From assembly GCA_963701295.1 (NCBI GenBank), contig OY969585.1, positions 1,536,001-1,600,000 of the forward strand: a DNA stretch of 64,000 nt, read 5' to 3'. The notes under the pieces were generated by a model that was not told the DNA's origin, ran no database searches, and saw only the letters and a program-made list of their open reading frames with translations. Of the stretch, positions 1 through 10,462 are shown in pieces (positions within the stretch are counted from its first letter, which is position 1; every line of letters starts with the position of its first letter). Both the position numbers and the translations under genes were made by a program. The stretch comes from Ignavibacteriota bacterium. Its GTDB lineage: Bacteria > Bacteroidota > Ignavibacteria > UBA10030.

Positions 1-445
1 GGAAAATGCCTTTCGCTGTACCCATTGGAGTATTTGCAGAATCAGTCGGCACAAAAATTGAGTCAGCTAGAACAGAGTGCGCATAGGATTCATTATCCGT
101 GTGGAGAATTGTAAATAATCCAGCCACAACGCTGGCAAGAACAAAAATCGATGCAAGAGCATATTTGGAATTTCGAAAATAGGTCCTTGCCTTTTTGAAC
201 GAAAAAACCGCTGCAACCAGCGTGATGATGTACAAAAGAAAACCACTGGCAATTGGTGCTGCCACTTTCATACACGGATACTCTGCTCGGCTCGGTTTTG
301 GAATGATCCGAATAAGCATCCAAATCAAACTAACCAATCCTATCAAAGGAAAGAAAAATCGTACCAATATGTTCCTTTTGAGGTTTTTATGATGTTTTTT
401 TGACATCTTATAGTGAGGACAATCCGAGGATTTTAGTTGTTCCAT
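1..445 (-). CDS. Partial CDS running off the window start; N-terminus of a probable DUF362-domain membrane/secreted protein
   Basis: Not in the ORF track. ATG at 445 opens a stop-free frame: MEQLKSSDCPHYKMSKKHHKNLKRNILVRFFFPLIGLVSLIWMLIRIIPKPSRAEYPCMKVAAPIASGF...ANTPMGTAKGIF. The IRIIPKPSRAxYPC and PMGxAKGIFP motifs are ones I associate with long DUF362 proteins. Confidence 0.7.
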   Translation of the reverse strand, partial: MEQLKSSDCPHYKMSKKHHKNLKRNILVRFFFPLIGLVSLIWMLIRIIPKPSRAEYPCMKVAAPIASGFLLYIITLVAAVFSFKKARTYFRNSKYALASIFVLASVVAGLFTILHTDNESYAHSVLADSIFVPTDSANTPMGTAKGIF

Positions 446-714
446 TTTTTTATTCCCTTGATTTATAATCGCTAAATACTTTTTCCCAAATTGTTCATAA
501 ACTCTTTTTTATATTGATCTAACCTTGACAAGCATGCGATACAGTCAAAGCAAAAAATGCTTCAACTATGATGCCTATAAAAACCGGCGTTCTGAGCATA
601 ATTCGTCATCAGACTTATTGAGAGTGGAAGTAATTGTGCTGAATTTCGCATATATGGTAAAAAAAAGGGGAGTTTTCTTTGAACTATTTGGAAGTGAGCC
701 TTAGGCACTTGCAA

Positions 715-932
715 TGAACAAACTCAGCCCAATCGCTCTAGCATCTTTTATCTCACTTTGGTTGGAGTTTTGAAAATGGAATGACATTGTCTATGTCAGC
801 ATAGAGAGCAAAAGAAGCAGATAGCAAAATGTAGGTGTACCGTTTCACGACACCTTCGAGAAGAGTGTGAATCGCTCGATCGATGAAGAAATGTTTCAAC
901 CGATACTTGTTGAGTATTTGTCGATTCCATAG
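715..932 (+). mobile_element. Degraded ISAs1-family transposase remnant (N-terminal part)
   Basis: 834-932 translates as GVPFHDTFEKSVNRSIDEEMFQPILVEYLSIP*, resembling the ISAs1 GIPSHDTFxRVF motif. Upstream fragments LTLVGVL and WNDIVY lie in broken frames. Confidence 0.4.
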
Positions 933-962
933 TAATCCATTCTAACAGAGAGAATGGATTAC
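932..962 (-). terminator. Hairpin just downstream of the GH13 gene
   Basis: Perfect 12-bp inverted repeat GTAATCCATTCT/AGAATGGATTAC with a 7-nt loop, 3 nt past the stop codon; no strong U tract. Confidence 0.55.
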
Positions 963-965
963 ATA

Positions 966-2699
966 TTATCTTACCTCATTTATCCTAAAAATGGCATAAA
1001 TGACAGGTCCCAGATTTACCGATACTTTATTTTTCTCAAGTAAAATTGTTCCTTTTCCTGAAATCAATTTTGGCTTTTGACATTTATAATTTAAAATGAA
1101 CGAACCCGAGACTTCTCTATCTGCAGGATTGACAACGATAAGTAATCTATCCTTTCCATTTCCCCTGACATATGCGAAAGGATATGTGTTCTTTTCGGCA
1201 TAGACAGGAACAAATTCTGCATAAGCCAATAGCGCTGGTTCTGTATTGTGAAGCTTAATAAGTTCCCTTACTCTATTGAGCAGAGAGTTCGGATCTTTCT
1301 CTTGTGAGGCTACGTCGGGTGCGTCGTTCGATGTATCGACAGCTCTGTAAAGTTTTTCCGGGCTTATAACAGAAAAACCTCTGTTTGGCCCGTTATTCCA
1401 TTGCATGGGTGTTCTGTCTCCGGCACGGCCCATATAACTTCCTTCAATATGAGGCAAGCCTTCTAATTGTTTCATCCCAATCTCATCACCATAATAAATA
1501 AAAGGAGTACCGGGCATCGTTAACATAAAGGCGAAGATTATCGCAATATCTTTATCCGTTCGTCCATTGTTTTTTATTCTTACTAAATCATGGTTCCCAA
1601 AAGGAACAGCAATATATCCATTATCTTTGCTATCATAATATTGATCTAAATAAACTTCAAGAAAATGAGTAATATCGCCCTTGCCCTCAGAATCAAAAAA
1701 ACTATGCCCATCGTGATTCGGATTTCTTATCTTTTCTTTTTGGAATAAATCGTCGTAACCATTGAACCAATGAAAGAAATCGGCATTGAAACCGCCTCTC
1801 ACAGCATCTTTAGGATATGACCATTCAGCAACAGTAAACGTACCTGGATATTCCTTATCAAGAAATTCTCTTACCGTTTTCCAATATTTACTGGTTTCTG
1901 ATCCATCATCATTTTTAACAATTGAACCGGCCATATCAATCCTGAATCCATCGCAACCCATATTGAGCCAAAAACGCATTACATTTTTCATTTCTTCCTT
2001 CAAAGCCAATACATCAGGATGATTTGTCGGTAACTGCCATGGTTGTTGAGGATCGGGCTTTGCATAACCATAATTCAAAGCAGGTTGATGCCAGAAAAAA
2101 TTATTCATAAACATTCCATCACGCTCGCAATATCCTTGTATAAAGTTGCCCTTATATTTATCCATGCCGGGGAACCATGTACTATTCGTCCAAACATACC
2201 AGTTGGAATATTTATTTGGTTTAGGGTCGCACGATGCTTTAAACCATGGATGATCGATGCTTGTATAGCTTGGAACATAATCAATAATAATATGCATACC
2301 TCTTTTGTGTGCTTCGGAAAATAATCTCTTTGCATCATCGTTTGTCCCATAACGCGGGGCCACCTTATAGAAGTCTGTTACATCATAGCCTGCATCCCGA
2401 AATGGTGATTCATAAAACGGGTTAAGCCAAATAGCAGTGACACCCAGACTTTTTACATAATCCAATTTCTCGATAATTCCCTGTAAATCTCCTACACCGT
2501 CGCCATTAGAATCATAATAAGTCTGAGGATAAATTTGGTAAAATACTGCATTGTCTACCCATGCTGGACTTATCGGACGTTGAGCTTTGCCTGTAACAAT
2601 CTGGGTAGCCTTGGAAGAAGTGTTGGCAGCATCTTGTGCCTGTCCTCCCCCCAAAAAACAAGCAACAGAAACGATGGATATAACTAATTTTCTGATCAT
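966..2699 (-). CDS. Secreted GH13 alpha-amylase-family glycosidase (alpha-glucosidase/TreS-like)
   Basis: Signal peptide; YQIYPQTYYDSNGDGVGDL, DAGYDV, and catalytic GFRIDMA, VAEW, NHD; YYGDEIGM. Confidence 0.9.
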   Translation of the reverse strand: MIRKLVISIVSVACFLGGGQAQDAANTSSKATQIVTGKAQRPISPAWVDNAVFYQIYPQTYYDSNGDGVGDLQGIIEKLDYVKSLGVTAIWLNPFYESPFRDAGYDVTDFYKVAPRYGTNDDAKRLFSEAHKRGMHIIIDYVPSYTSIDHPWFKASCDPKPNKYSNWYVWTNSTWFPGMDKYKGNFIQGYCERDGMFMNNFFWHQPALNYGYAKPDPQQPWQLPTNHPDVLALKEEMKNVMRFWLNMGCDGFRIDMAGSIVKNDDGSETSKYWKTVREFLDKEYPGTFTVAEWSYPKDAVRGGFNADFFHWFNGYDDLFQKEKIRNPNHDGHSFFDSEGKGDITHFLEVYLDQYYDSKDNGYIAVPFGNHDLVRIKNNGRTDKDIAIIFAFMLTMPGTPFIYYGDEIGMKQLEGLPHIEGSYMGRAGDRTPMQWNNGPNRGFSVISPEKLYRAVDTSNDAPDVASQEKDPNSLLNRVRELIKLHNTEPALLAYAEFVPVYAEKNTYPFAYVRGNGKDRLLIVVNPADREVSGSFILNYKCQKPKLISGKGTILLEKNKVSVNLGPVIYAIFRINEVR

Positions 2700-2921
2700 A
2701 GTATTTATTCCTCAGTATTTAATTTTTATTATTTCTCGATAATAAGTAATTAAGATACAGATTAAATGCAAGAAGAACATGCCAGCTTTATCCACCTGTT
2801 GTTCCTCATGTGCTGACATGACGTTTTCCGAGATGGCTGTATGTTGCCCATCCAATACCTTGGTAAAATACTCTTCATCATTTTTCACGTAGACAAGAAG
2901 AGGGGGAAAATGCAAGGGGAG

Positions 2922-4034
2922 TTATAATTTGCTGCGCAAAACCTTCTCGATCACATCGAGCATGATTTTTGCAGAGGCATCCCACGTAAGAGACTGTGCG
3001 TATGACAACGCGCCGGCTGCTAACCGCATGCGAAGATGTTCGTCCCGAAGGAGAAGAAGAATCTTTTCAGCAAGCTGTTCGATGTTCCCGTATTCGTAGA
3101 GCAATCCGGTTTCACCGTCGATGACGGCATCACGTAGTCCCGGAACATCGCTCGCAACGGCGGGCGCTCCGCATGCGTTTGCCTCCGTAACCGTTAATCC
3201 CCATCCTTCTTTTGCAGATGTGTTCACGACGATCTGTATCTGGTTTAGCAATCGTACTTTTTCTTCCACCGGAAGGAACCCGGTAAAAGTTGTTGCATGA
3301 TCGATGTGAAGCTCGTGCGCTATTCTCTGGAATCCAGGCTTGCCATCGCCTTCCCCAATGATAGCAAGTTTCGTCTGCGGCAGTTCCTTGAGCACGATAG
3401 CGAAGGCATGCAGTAAATGATCGACACTCTTGTATCTTTTAATCCTTCCAACATAGCCGATCATTGGCTCGGTTCGATGTATGCCCGGAAGTTGCCGGTA
3501 CGTTGTATGGTTGACGGCACAGGGGACAAGAAAAATATTTTCTTTCCGACAGCCATGTGAGAGTAATTCCTGCCGTGTGCTTTCGGAAATTGCCACGAGC
3601 GGAGTATTTCGGTACAAGGAAAGAGCAAGCTGCTCTGCAGCATACACATACGCCGCTGCCGGAACTGAGGCTTCCTTAAAAATGGCATTACCGAACAAGT
3701 GCATCACCATTCCCATCAACGGCTCCCGAATAAATAACGGCGTGTAAAACGGAATTTTATTGATATCGTCTATGACGATATCATAATGTTCACGGCGAAA
3801 TCTTTTTCTGTATTCGAGAGGAACGATATAGTTAAAGAGGTTACGATTTCCTTTTCGTATTACATGAACTCCGTCGATGTTTTCTTCAGATGGAGCGTTC
3901 GCAAATTGGCAGCTGAACAGCGTTACTGAATGCCCTAGTGACGCAATCCGTTTGAAGATTTGATGGAGATACACTTCAGCACCGCCGCCGTACGGATTTT
4001 TAATATCCTGCCAATTCAGAAGAAGAATTTTCAT
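2922..4034 (-). CDS. Glycosyltransferase family 4
   Basis: GGAE N-terminal motif, VGRIKRYKS, EGWGLTVTEANACG. Confidence 0.9.
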   Translation of the reverse strand: MKILLLNWQDIKNPYGGGAEVYLHQIFKRIASLGHSVTLFSCQFANAPSEENIDGVHVIRKGNRNLFNYIVPLEYRKRFRREHYDIVIDDINKIPFYTPLFIREPLMGMVMHLFGNAIFKEASVPAAAYVYAAEQLALSLYRNTPLVAISESTRQELLSHGCRKENIFLVPCAVNHTTYRQLPGIHRTEPMIGYVGRIKRYKSVDHLLHAFAIVLKELPQTKLAIIGEGDGKPGFQRIAHELHIDHATTFTGFLPVEEKVRLLNQIQIVVNTSAKEGWGLTVTEANACGAPAVASDVPGLRDAVIDGETGLLYEYGNIEQLAEKILLLLRDEHLRMRLAAGALSYAQSLTWDASAKIMLDVIEKVLRSKL

Positions 4035-4042
4035 TCGCAGTG

Positions 4043-5062
4043 TTATTTTGAGTGATTCTTAAGTCTTTGTACCTGGTGATCGACCATCATCTTCACCAGA
4101 TCCGTGAACGATGTGTGCGGAGACCAGCCTAACTCAGTTTTCGCTTTCGCTGCATCTGCTACAGTGGTTCCGGTTTCTGTCAGGCGGATAAATCGCGGAT
4201 CGACAACAACATATTGTTGCCAGTCCATACCGACACTACTGAATGCCGTTTCGCACAATTGCCGCACGGTACGAACTTCTCCCGTGCCGATGACATACGT
4301 GTCCGGTATATCGTGCTGCAGCATCATCCACATGGCTTCTACATAATCGCCTGCAAATCCCCAGTCGCGTCTTGCATCTAAATTGCCAAGCGCAATTCTC
4401 CCGTCTTTGACGATCGGTTCACCTTGCTCATTCAAGTCCGGAGAATTCAGAATGCCGAGTTTAACGCAAGCAGCGCCGTACGCTACTTTTTGTGTCAGGA
4501 AGTGAATCCCGCGCCGAGGACTTTCGTGATTGAAAAGAATTCCGCATGCGATAAAGAGCTTGTAACTCGTCCTGTAGATTTGCGCCATGGTATGTGCATA
4601 GAGTTTGGCGGCGCCGTAAGGGTTTACTGGTGCAAATGGTGTTTGCTCATTTTGCGGTACTATAGTCGGTGTGCCAAACATTTCCGATGAGGAAGCCTGA
4701 TAGATACGGCAATCTGGTTTTACGTACCGCACCGCCTCATAGACACGATGAGCGCCAATGCCTGTGATCTCCGCCGTCTCGATAGCAAGCCGCCACGATT
4801 CACCGGGGTACGACTGAGCTGCGAGATTGTATATCTCATCCGGCTGATACGAACGAATATTCTCTGCAATGGAAAACGTGTCGAGCAGATCGCCGTACGC
4901 AATATGGATTCTGTTCGCGAGATGTGCCACGTGAGAACTCGGCACGGCAGAGGTTTTGCGCATCAATCCCACTACTTGATAGTTCTTGGCAAGCAGGAAC
5001 TCTGTAAGGTACGAGCCATCTTGTCCGGTAATACCAATGACGAATGCAGTTTTTTGTTTCAT
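4043..5062 (-). CDS. gmd: GDP-mannose 4,6-dehydratase
   Basis: GITGQDGSYL, YNLAAQS, QASSSEMFG, PYGAAKLY, FNHESPRRG, GNLDARRDWG. Confidence 0.93.
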   Translation of the reverse strand: MKQKTAFVIGITGQDGSYLTEFLLAKNYQVVGLMRKTSAVPSSHVAHLANRIHIAYGDLLDTFSIAENIRSYQPDEIYNLAAQSYPGESWRLAIETAEITGIGAHRVYEAVRYVKPDCRIYQASSSEMFGTPTIVPQNEQTPFAPVNPYGAAKLYAHTMAQIYRTSYKLFIACGILFNHESPRRGIHFLTQKVAYGAACVKLGILNSPDLNEQGEPIVKDGRIALGNLDARRDWGFAGDYVEAMWMMLQHDIPDTYVIGTGEVRTVRQLCETAFSSVGMDWQQYVVVDPRFIRLTETGTTVADAAKAKTELGWSPHTSFTDLVKMMVDHQVQRLKNHSK

Positions 5063-5193
5063 CGTTCTCCTAAAGCGCCGTTCTCAATCCTTTTTTTTGC
5101 TTTGACGGCGGACGAAAGGGTTTTGATATATGCCGCCAGAGGAACAAGAAAAACTGCTAGTGCGATAAGTCGATTGAGTCTCTTGTGTTCCAT
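5059..5193 (-). pseudogene. 44-aa mini-ORF, probably an internally deleted DUF2723 (TMEM260-like) gene, coupled to gmd
   Basis: Not in the ORF track. MEHKRLNRLIALAVFLVPLAAYIKTLSSAVKAKKRIENGALGER*; the TGA overlaps the gmd ATG (ATGA). The first 30 aa resemble DUF2723 N-termini. Confidence 0.5.
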
Positions 5194-5276
5194 TTATTCT
5201 CTAAGGATTTTACTGTACTAAAATTCACAATCAATGTATAAGGAAAAGGCTTGAACTTCAAGGAATATTGAGCGGC

Positions 5277-6440
5277 TCAATGGAACGTCTGACAGATTTC
5301 ATCGCAGAGCACATATCCCTTTGCAGTGAGCCGGAATCGTCCGTCCTCCATCCGTGCACTTCCTTGTTGAATCAATTCAGAGATGATCGATGAATTCTCT
5401 GTTGAAAGGTTACGTGAAAAGCGCCGGCGAAATTGTTCCAGGTCGATTCCTTCGCTTCGCAAGCCGAGAAAGATCGCTTCTTCCATGAATTGAGTTTCTG
5501 TAAGATGTTCTCCGCCTGCAACCGGGAGTGTGCGCTCGCCCGATTGTTTGATGTATGCAGTGAGATCGGATATGTTCCACCAGCGTTCGTTCTTCCAAAA
5601 TGAATGTGCCGATGGACCAAAGCCAAGATAATGAGAGTGATTCCAGTAATTGAGATTGTGGCGGCATTTGAAATTCGGCTTGCCTGCCGCGGCGGGTCTG
5701 GCGAAGTTCGATACTTCGTATTGTTCGTAGGCATGAGAGGTGAGAAAATCGATGGTGAACTCGTATAAGTCGGCATCGCGTTCAAAATCAATCGGTGTTA
5801 CTTGGTTCAATTGAACCATGCGAAAGAGAGGCGTCTCCGGTTCGATGATAAGACTGTAGCACGAGATATGTTCGGGTTGAAGTTCTACCGCTTGTTCTAG
5901 GTTCGATTTCCACTTTGCCAAAGTTTGGTAAGGAAGCGAAAAGATGAGATCAAAGCTGACATTTTCAAACTCGGCGGAGATGCAATCCCGTACGCACTGC
6001 TTCGCCTCGGATGCATTATGAATACGGGTCAGAAACTTCAAGTCTTCATCGTGGAATGATTGAATACCCATGCTAATGCGGTTAATACCGGCAGATCGGA
6101 ATGCGCGAAGTTTCTCTTTGTCTACGGTTCCCGGGTTTGTCTCCAGCGTAATCTCGGCATTCGTCTGAATCGCAAACCGGGATGCAAGGAGGTCGAGTAT
6201 CTTTTCTATTTCAGAAGGATGAAGAAGAGAGGGCGTTCCGCCCCCAAAGAAAATTGTCTCGTATGGTTCATGGAAACGTTGATCCTCCGCCCGAAGTTCG
6301 ATCTCTGTTTTCAGCGCAGAAAGAAACCGCTCTTCCAGCGAGCGGTGCCCTGTTTCTGATTCCATAGGCACGACGGAGTAAAAATCGCAGTAGATGCACT
6401 TGTGTTCACAGAAGGGAATATGAAGATAAAGAGAAGCCAT
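5277..6440 (-). CDS. hemW: Radical SAM heme chaperone HemW (HemN-like)
   Basis: LYLHIPFCEHKCIYCDF (CxxxCxxC), GGGTPS, YEVSNFA...HNLNYW. Confidence 0.92.
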   Translation of the reverse strand: MASLYLHIPFCEHKCIYCDFYSVVPMESETGHRSLEERFLSALKTEIELRAEDQRFHEPYETIFFGGGTPSLLHPSEIEKILDLLASRFAIQTNAEITLETNPGTVDKEKLRAFRSAGINRISMGIQSFHDEDLKFLTRIHNASEAKQCVRDCISAEFENVSFDLIFSLPYQTLAKWKSNLEQAVELQPEHISCYSLIIEPETPLFRMVQLNQVTPIDFERDADLYEFTIDFLTSHAYEQYEVSNFARPAAAGKPNFKCRHNLNYWNHSHYLGFGPSAHSFWKNERWWNISDLTAYIKQSGERTLPVAGGEHLTETQFMEEAIFLGLRSEGIDLEQFRRRFSRNLSTENSSIISELIQQGSARMEDGRFRLTAKGYVLCDEICQTFH

Positions 6441-6475
6441 TTGGGATTTTCAATTTCCAAGTTGAAAATTGGCAA

Positions 6476-7399
6476 TTAACGAATCAGTGTACCAATCCTC
6501 TTCCATCGGATAGTCGACAACTTTTCTAAGATATTTGAGACGGAAACTTCCGTGTCCCACGACCAGTACACGAACAATGCTTCACCGATTAAATGATCAT
6601 CCGGTACAAAACCCCAATAGCGGCTGTCCATACTGTTGTCACGATTGTCACCAAGAACGAAATAGTAATTCTGGCGAACACGGTACGTCGATGCCACCAC
6701 GCCGTCAATCAAAATCATATTGTCGACAATCTGAACAGCGTGTCCTTCACGTTCAATGAGCATGTGCCATTGGGCGATGGTTGGCAGTTCAAGTTTTAGA
6801 ATATCACCCTGCTTTGGAACAATGATAGGCCCATAGTCGACATTGCTGAATGTTGAACCCTTTGGAAACATCTCTGGATTTTGTCGCCATGAATTTCCAT
6901 TCGAATGGTCGGATTGAATTCCATGAGGAGGAAGAGGAATGAGAATTTTGTTTACATAGGCAAGACCGGAATGAATTTCCAGCGTGTCACCCGGCAAGCC
7001 GATACATCGCTTGATATAATTGACATGCTCTGCAGGAGTGATCTCGTCTCTGTCGCCAGGAAATTCAAACACGATCACATCTCCGTGATGGATGTTCTGG
7101 AAAAAAGGAAGTGTGAACGATGGTATGGTTCGTGCAATAAGCGGCAGATAGCGCGGTGTACGCAAGCCATATGCAAGTTTGTTGACCAAAAGGAAATCAC
7201 CTATTTGGAGCGTTCGTTCCATCGAAGTCGAGGGAATGCGATATGCATCAAGCACAAAGACTTTTAAAAGGAGAGCTGCAAGCACCGTGATCAGAATGGT
7301 CTTGCCGTATTCCATCAGTGTTGATGTAAGATTCTTCTCCTTTTGTTGTATGTGAAGAGAGTGATCTCGAGATGTACTATGGGCAGATTGCTCCTGCAT
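6476..7399 (-). CDS. lepB: Signal peptidase I (paralog 2)
   Basis: IPSTSMERTLQIGD, YIKRCIGLPGD, GDNRDNSMDSRYWG. Confidence 0.93.
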   Translation of the reverse strand: MQEQSAHSTSRDHSLHIQQKEKNLTSTLMEYGKTILITVLAALLLKVFVLDAYRIPSTSMERTLQIGDFLLVNKLAYGLRTPRYLPLIARTIPSFTLPFFQNIHHGDVIVFEFPGDRDEITPAEHVNYIKRCIGLPGDTLEIHSGLAYVNKILIPLPPHGIQSDHSNGNSWRQNPEMFPKGSTFSNVDYGPIIVPKQGDILKLELPTIAQWHMLIEREGHAVQIVDNMILIDGVVASTYRVRQNYYFVLGDNRDNSMDSRYWGFVPDDHLIGEALFVYWSWDTEVSVSNILEKLSTIRWKRIGTLIR

Positions 7400-8304
7400 T
7401 ATTTAATGAGTGAACCGATGCGACCCCAGCGCACTGATGCAAGTCTCCCAAAAATATCATAGAGTGGGAGGTCGGAGTTCCACGACCAATAGACGATCAT
7501 CGGTGTGCCGACAATGTTTTCTTTTGGAATAAATCCCCAGTAGCGGCCGTCAAGACTATTGTCTCGGTGGTCGCCCATGCCAAAGAGATAATCGCGCTGC
7601 ACGGTGTATGAGGTTGCAGGTTTTCCGTCAATCAAGACTGATCCGGTGATCGCTTCCACTGTGTGTCCTTCCCGTTTAATGAAGATTTGCCATGCAGAAT
7701 AATTTTGTACGTTCAGTGGAATCACCATACCTTGTTTCGGGACGACAAGCGGACCGAAGTTGTCTTCATTCCATCCGGCGCCGATAGGGAAGATACGATC
7801 GTCTGCTTCGTTTGCAGGCACCGACCAACCGCGATCGAATCTGACATTGCGGGGTAATGGCAGCATTTGTCCATTCACCGATAAGACACGATTACGAATT
7901 TGAATTGTATCGCCGGGTGTTCCAACACACCGTTTGAGGTAGAAGGTAAAATCCTGCGGTTCGACTTCGTCGCGCATGCCTGGGAAGACGAATACAATGA
8001 CATCACCGCGTTTCACATCTCTGAATGCCGGTACGCGAAACCATGGTAAACGTACATTGGTGAAAGGAATGTTCCGCGGCGATGTTCCACCGTAAATAAA
8101 TTTGTTGACGAAGAGCAGTTCACCTGTTAGCACCTCATTTTCCATCGATCCGGTTGGAACCAGAAAGGACGCAACGACAAAGTTGTTGATAAGAAGAAAG
8201 AGACCTAAGACGATTCCTGTTTCTTTCAGGAATGCTTTTGTCTTTTCTTTCAATGTCTGCGGAGTCGATTGTTCTTCCTTTTTTTGTTTCTTGTCGTTAC
8301 TCAT
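7399..8304 (-). CDS. lepB: Signal peptidase I (paralog 1)
   Basis: VPTGSME, YLKRCVGTPGD, GDHRDNSLDGRYWG; follows lepA. Confidence 0.93.
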   Translation of the reverse strand: MSNDKKQKKEEQSTPQTLKEKTKAFLKETGIVLGLFLLINNFVVASFLVPTGSMENEVLTGELLFVNKFIYGGTSPRNIPFTNVRLPWFRVPAFRDVKRGDVIVFVFPGMRDEVEPQDFTFYLKRCVGTPGDTIQIRNRVLSVNGQMLPLPRNVRFDRGWSVPANEADDRIFPIGAGWNEDNFGPLVVPKQGMVIPLNVQNYSAWQIFIKREGHTVEAITGSVLIDGKPATSYTVQRDYLFGMGDHRDNSLDGRYWGFIPKENIVGTPMIVYWSWNSDLPLYDIFGRLASVRWGRIGSLIK

Positions 8305-8332
8305 AGTTGTCCTTCTGTTTAATTTTTATCCG

Positions 8333-10132
8333 TTATTCTTCCAATGATAGAACGGCAAGGAATGCTTCCTGCGGCACTTCTACACTGCCGACTCGTTTCA
8401 TCCGCCGCTTGCCTTCTTTTTGTTTCTCCAGCAGTTTTCTTTTTCGTGAGATGTCGCCGCCGTAACATTTTGCCAGCACGTTCTTGCGAATGGCGCTGAG
8501 TGATTCACGCGCAATCACTTTACTGCCGATAGCGGCTTGTATTGCCACCTCAAACATTTGACGTGGAATCAGCTCCCGAAGTTTCGAGCAAAGTTTGCGT
8601 CCCCATTCATACGATTTCACACGGTGGACGATGGTGGAAAGTGCATCAACTGGTTCCCCATTCAACAAAATGTCCAATTTTACGAGGTCAGAATCGCGAT
8701 ACTCAAGAAAATCATAGTCTAATGAAGCATAACCACGCGAGAGTGATTTAAGTTTATCGTAGAAATCGAAAATAATTTCAGATAATGGCAGTTCAAAATG
8801 GATATCGGCACGCTCTGGACTGAGATAAGTAGTGTTACGGTGAATACCGCGTCGGTCCATACAGAGTTTCATAATGTTGCCGATGTATTCTGTCGGTGTG
8901 ATGATTTGTGCCTTCACGAATGGCTCTTCTACTTTTTCAATCTTGCCGGCATCCGGCATAAGCGAGGGATTATCGACAAAGAGAACATCTTTGTCTGTCT
9001 TTGTAACGCGGTACTCGACGTTCGGTACTGTATTGATGAGGTGCTGGTTGTATTCGCGTTCCAATCGTTCACGGACGATTTCCATATGAAGAAGTCCGAG
9101 AAATCCGGCACGGAATCCGAATCCAAGGGCAACGGAGGATTCAGGTTCGAAGATGAGTGAAGAATCGTTCAATTTCAGTTTGTCGAGCGCGTCGCGCAAC
9201 TCGCCAAAGTCATCACTGTTGGATGGATACATACCGCTGAAGACCATCGGCTTGGCTTCTTTGTAACCCGGAAGCGGTTCTGCAGCAGGATTATCTACGA
9301 GCGTAATCGTATCGCCGACTTTCGTGTCGTGTACATCTTTGACATTCGCAATGATGTAACCGACATCGCCCGCAGAAAGTGAACCGATTCGTTTTCTCTG
9401 CATCTCGAGAATACCGATATCTTCTGCTTGAAATTCCTGCCCCTTTGAGAAGAACCGAATCTTATCTTTTTCGTGCACGGTTCCTTCCATTACACGAATG
9501 TAGGCTATTGCTCCGCGGTACTCATCAAACACTGAATCGAAGATCAATGCTTTCAGCGGCGCGTTCGGATCGCCTTTCGGAGCGGAAATACGCGAGACGA
9601 TAGCTTCGAGCACTTCCTCCACCCCTATGCCGGATTTTGCACTGCCCATGAGAATTTCTTCTTCCGTACACCCGATGAGATCGATTACCTGCTTCTTCAC
9701 CATGTCGATCATCGTCTTAGCGCTTGGTAGATCGATTTTATTGATGAACGGAATAATTTCAAGTCCGGCGTCGATAGCGAGATACAGATTGGAGATGGTC
9801 TGTGCTTCTACACCCTGCGTTGCATCTACCACCAGAATCGCACCTTCGCAAGCGGCAAGCGAGCGCGAGACTTCGTACGTGAAGTCTACATGACCCGGCG
9901 TGTCGATGAGATTTAATGTATAACTCTTTTTGTTGCGGGCTTGATACCTGATCTGGATTGCGTGTAGCTTAATGGTGATGCCGCGTTCCTGCTCAAGATC
10001 CATGTCATCGAGCATTTGCTTCGTCAGGTCACGGGTAGCAACGGTGCCGGTATATTCTAACAAACGGTCGGCGAGTGTCGATTTACCGTGGTCGATGTGA
10101 GCGATAATACAAAAATTGCGGATATGTTCCAT
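8333..10132 (-). CDS. lepA: Translation elongation factor 4
   Basis: [49 protein letters not shown]. Confidence 0.98.
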   Translation of the reverse strand: MEHIRNFCIIAHIDHGKSTLADRLLEYTGTVATRDLTKQMLDDMDLEQERGITIKLHAIQIRYQARNKKSYTLNLIDTPGHVDFTYEVSRSLAACEGAILVVDATQGVEAQTISNLYLAIDAGLEIIPFINKIDLPSAKTMIDMVKKQVIDLIGCTEEEILMGSAKSGIGVEEVLEAIVSRISAPKGDPNAPLKALIFDSVFDEYRGAIAYIRVMEGTVHEKDKIRFFSKGQEFQAEDIGILEMQRKRIGSLSAGDVGYIIANVKDVHDTKVGDTITLVDNPAAEPLPGYKEAKPMVFSGMYPSNSDDFGELRDALDKLKLNDSSLIFEPESSVALGFGFRAGFLGLLHMEIVRERLEREYNQHLINTVPNVEYRVTKTDKDVLFVDNPSLMPDAGKIEKVEEPFVKAQIITPTEYIGNIMKLCMDRRGIHRNTTYLSPERADIHFELPLSEIIFDFYDKLKSLSRGYASLDYDFLEYRDSDLVKLDILLNGEPVDALSTIVHRVKSYEWGRKLCSKLRELIPRQMFEVAIQAAIGSKVIARESLSAIRKNVLAKCYGGDISRKRKLLEKQKEGKRRMKRVGSVEVPQEAFLAVLSLEE

Positions 10133-10462
10133 GGAAACCTGAGTCTATTTTTCTGATACAAATCCCGATTATTTTCAATTCATTCAGTCGAGAACAACGT
10201 ATTTCCTAAAATAATAAAGAGTAAAGAGGGAAAAACCACTGTGAGCCGCTCTTTACTCCTTCAACAAATGCAAGATAGCAGAAAATGCTTAGAAGAGCAA
10301 GGAATGCAATTCCTCGTGCGTCAATGTTTCGAATTCCTTGCTGATATTCCACAGCTTTGCGTTATGTTTGTTGGACGATACAAATGATTAAACCATGCGA
10401 ATCATCATGGCCGGAGGAATCAAATTTTGATATTCAGATCTCACCTTACAAAGTATTTTGCT

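Noticed and set aside
2712-2915. 67-aa ORF between GT4 and GH13
   Set aside because: No recognisable motif and a weak start; it may be a remnant but I cannot support a call.
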